Source: Eledone cirrhosa (lineage: Eukaryota). From it: DNA of 64,000 bases. The notes below the pieces were generated by a model that saw nothing but the letters and a program-made list of their open reading frames with translations, made no database searches and had not been told where the DNA came from. Shown here piece after piece: positions 63,005-64,000 of the stretch. The first letter of the stretch is position 1, and each line of letters opens with the position of its first letter. The stretch lies in the NCBI GenBank assembly GCA_964016885.1, contig OZ024741.1, forward strand, positions 140,058,001 to 140,122,000, in the 5' to 3' direction. The position numbers were made by a program, and so were the translations under genes.

Positions 63005-64000
63005 CAGTAGATAATGAACTGCAATATCCAATTGAGTTCATCAACAAACTTACCCCATCAGGTTTCCCACATACTTAAACTGAAGCAAAGCAGTTGCATC
63101 ATACTTCTGAGAAATCTGGATCCTCTAAACGAGCATTGCAATGGTACGCGCTACATTATCACCAGCTTACATAATCATGTAATTGAAGCTGAAGTGGGTC
63201 CCAATGCTGGAACAAGGTTGCTAATCCCAAGGATACCACATGTATCTCAAAAGCTTGAGTTCCCTTTTACCTTTACTCGCAAGCAATTTCCTCTCAAACC
63301 AACCTTTGCCATTACATGCAACAAGGCACAAGGGCAGACATTTGAAAAGATAGTTGTATATCTACCAACATAATTCTTTTCACATGGTCAGATGTATGTT
63401 GCATTATCACGAGTTACAGAAAAAAAAGAAATATATAAAAATATTAAATGAAAGGGGTGTTTGCTGACAACTGTGTCTACAAAGAAATTCTACAGTGATG
63501 TGAAACAGCTATCACTCTCTTTTAGTTGAAATGCATTTCAGTTTCTTTGTAACTGCTAGAAAAGGGACACTACAAAATCTTAAGAAGTATATATGTGAAT
63601 ACAGTAAAACAACAATATAGCGAAGGTCAACGCTTCATATTGGTAAATGTAATTCATTCATTCATACCAGCAGTATCTATGTTCAAATTCACTGCTTGAA
63701 GCTTCCCATCGACGTTCTCAAGATTCATGAACATTTTACGTCAACGGTTTCATCGCTTTTCCATCTCCGTTATTGGTTTTTTTTAATGTATCATGGATTA
63801 CTTTACTGATTACAGAAGTAAGTGTAACACAGTCTTTGTTCAGTTTATGTGCATATTGTCTATTTATGTATCATATCTATGGGCATATATATTTGCGTAT
63901 ATCAATATGCACACTATATACGCTAGCAGAAAACCTCCCGGGGCGGTTCTTCTGCTAGTATATATATATATATAATTAAATATATATGACATATATAAAT

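Larger units (their letters stand above)
60141..63498 (+). pseudogene. Helitron Rep (HUH) - PIF1 helicase, disrupted and lacking its N-terminus
   Basis: GKPSYFITVTTNP, EWQKRGLTHAHILL, DNRWIVPYNP, KYL.YKYITKG, degenerate Walker A AGTRKT, IDE, GDWKQILPV, LLRNL..CNGTR, RKQFP..FAITCNKAQGQT. Confidence 0.95.
58709..63958 (+). mobile_element. Helitron (decayed autonomous type) with duplicated 5' end
   Basis: 5' A|TCTAAACTATAATAAAG. 3' hairpin CTAGCAGAA-AACC...GGTT-C-TTCTGCTAG|T (63923-63958). Rep/PIF1 remnants inside. Confidence 0.88.

Overview
AT-rich eukaryotic (animal) DNA. The SINE/LINE repertoire and the long (TA)n/(CA)n tracts suggest an octopus or other cephalopod, but that is inference. 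I found no supportable host protein-coding gene, rRNA, tRNA or CRISPR array. The window is a nest of transposable elements, mostly embedded in (TA)n microsatellites. It holds one RTE-clade LINE with an intact 1181-aa ORF (APE + RT + three C2H2 fingers) and decayed RTE, CR1, R4/Dong-like (RLE) and L1/Tx1-like LINEs. There are two near-complete Penelope-like elements (Neptune-like and probably Hydra-clade-like) with inverted pseudo-LTRs, a decayed Rep-PIF1 Helitron, a non-autonomous Helitron and tRNA-derived SINEs. The most striking signal not explained by the ORFs is a set of about 11 type I minimal hammerhead-ribozyme motifs of at least 5 sequence families. Several sit on opposite strands of short, ORF-less palindromic pseudo-LTR dimers, and some have a variant U3-A8 (UUGAAAA) core. 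All RNA structures were paired by eye, not computed, and boundaries inside microsatellites are approximate.
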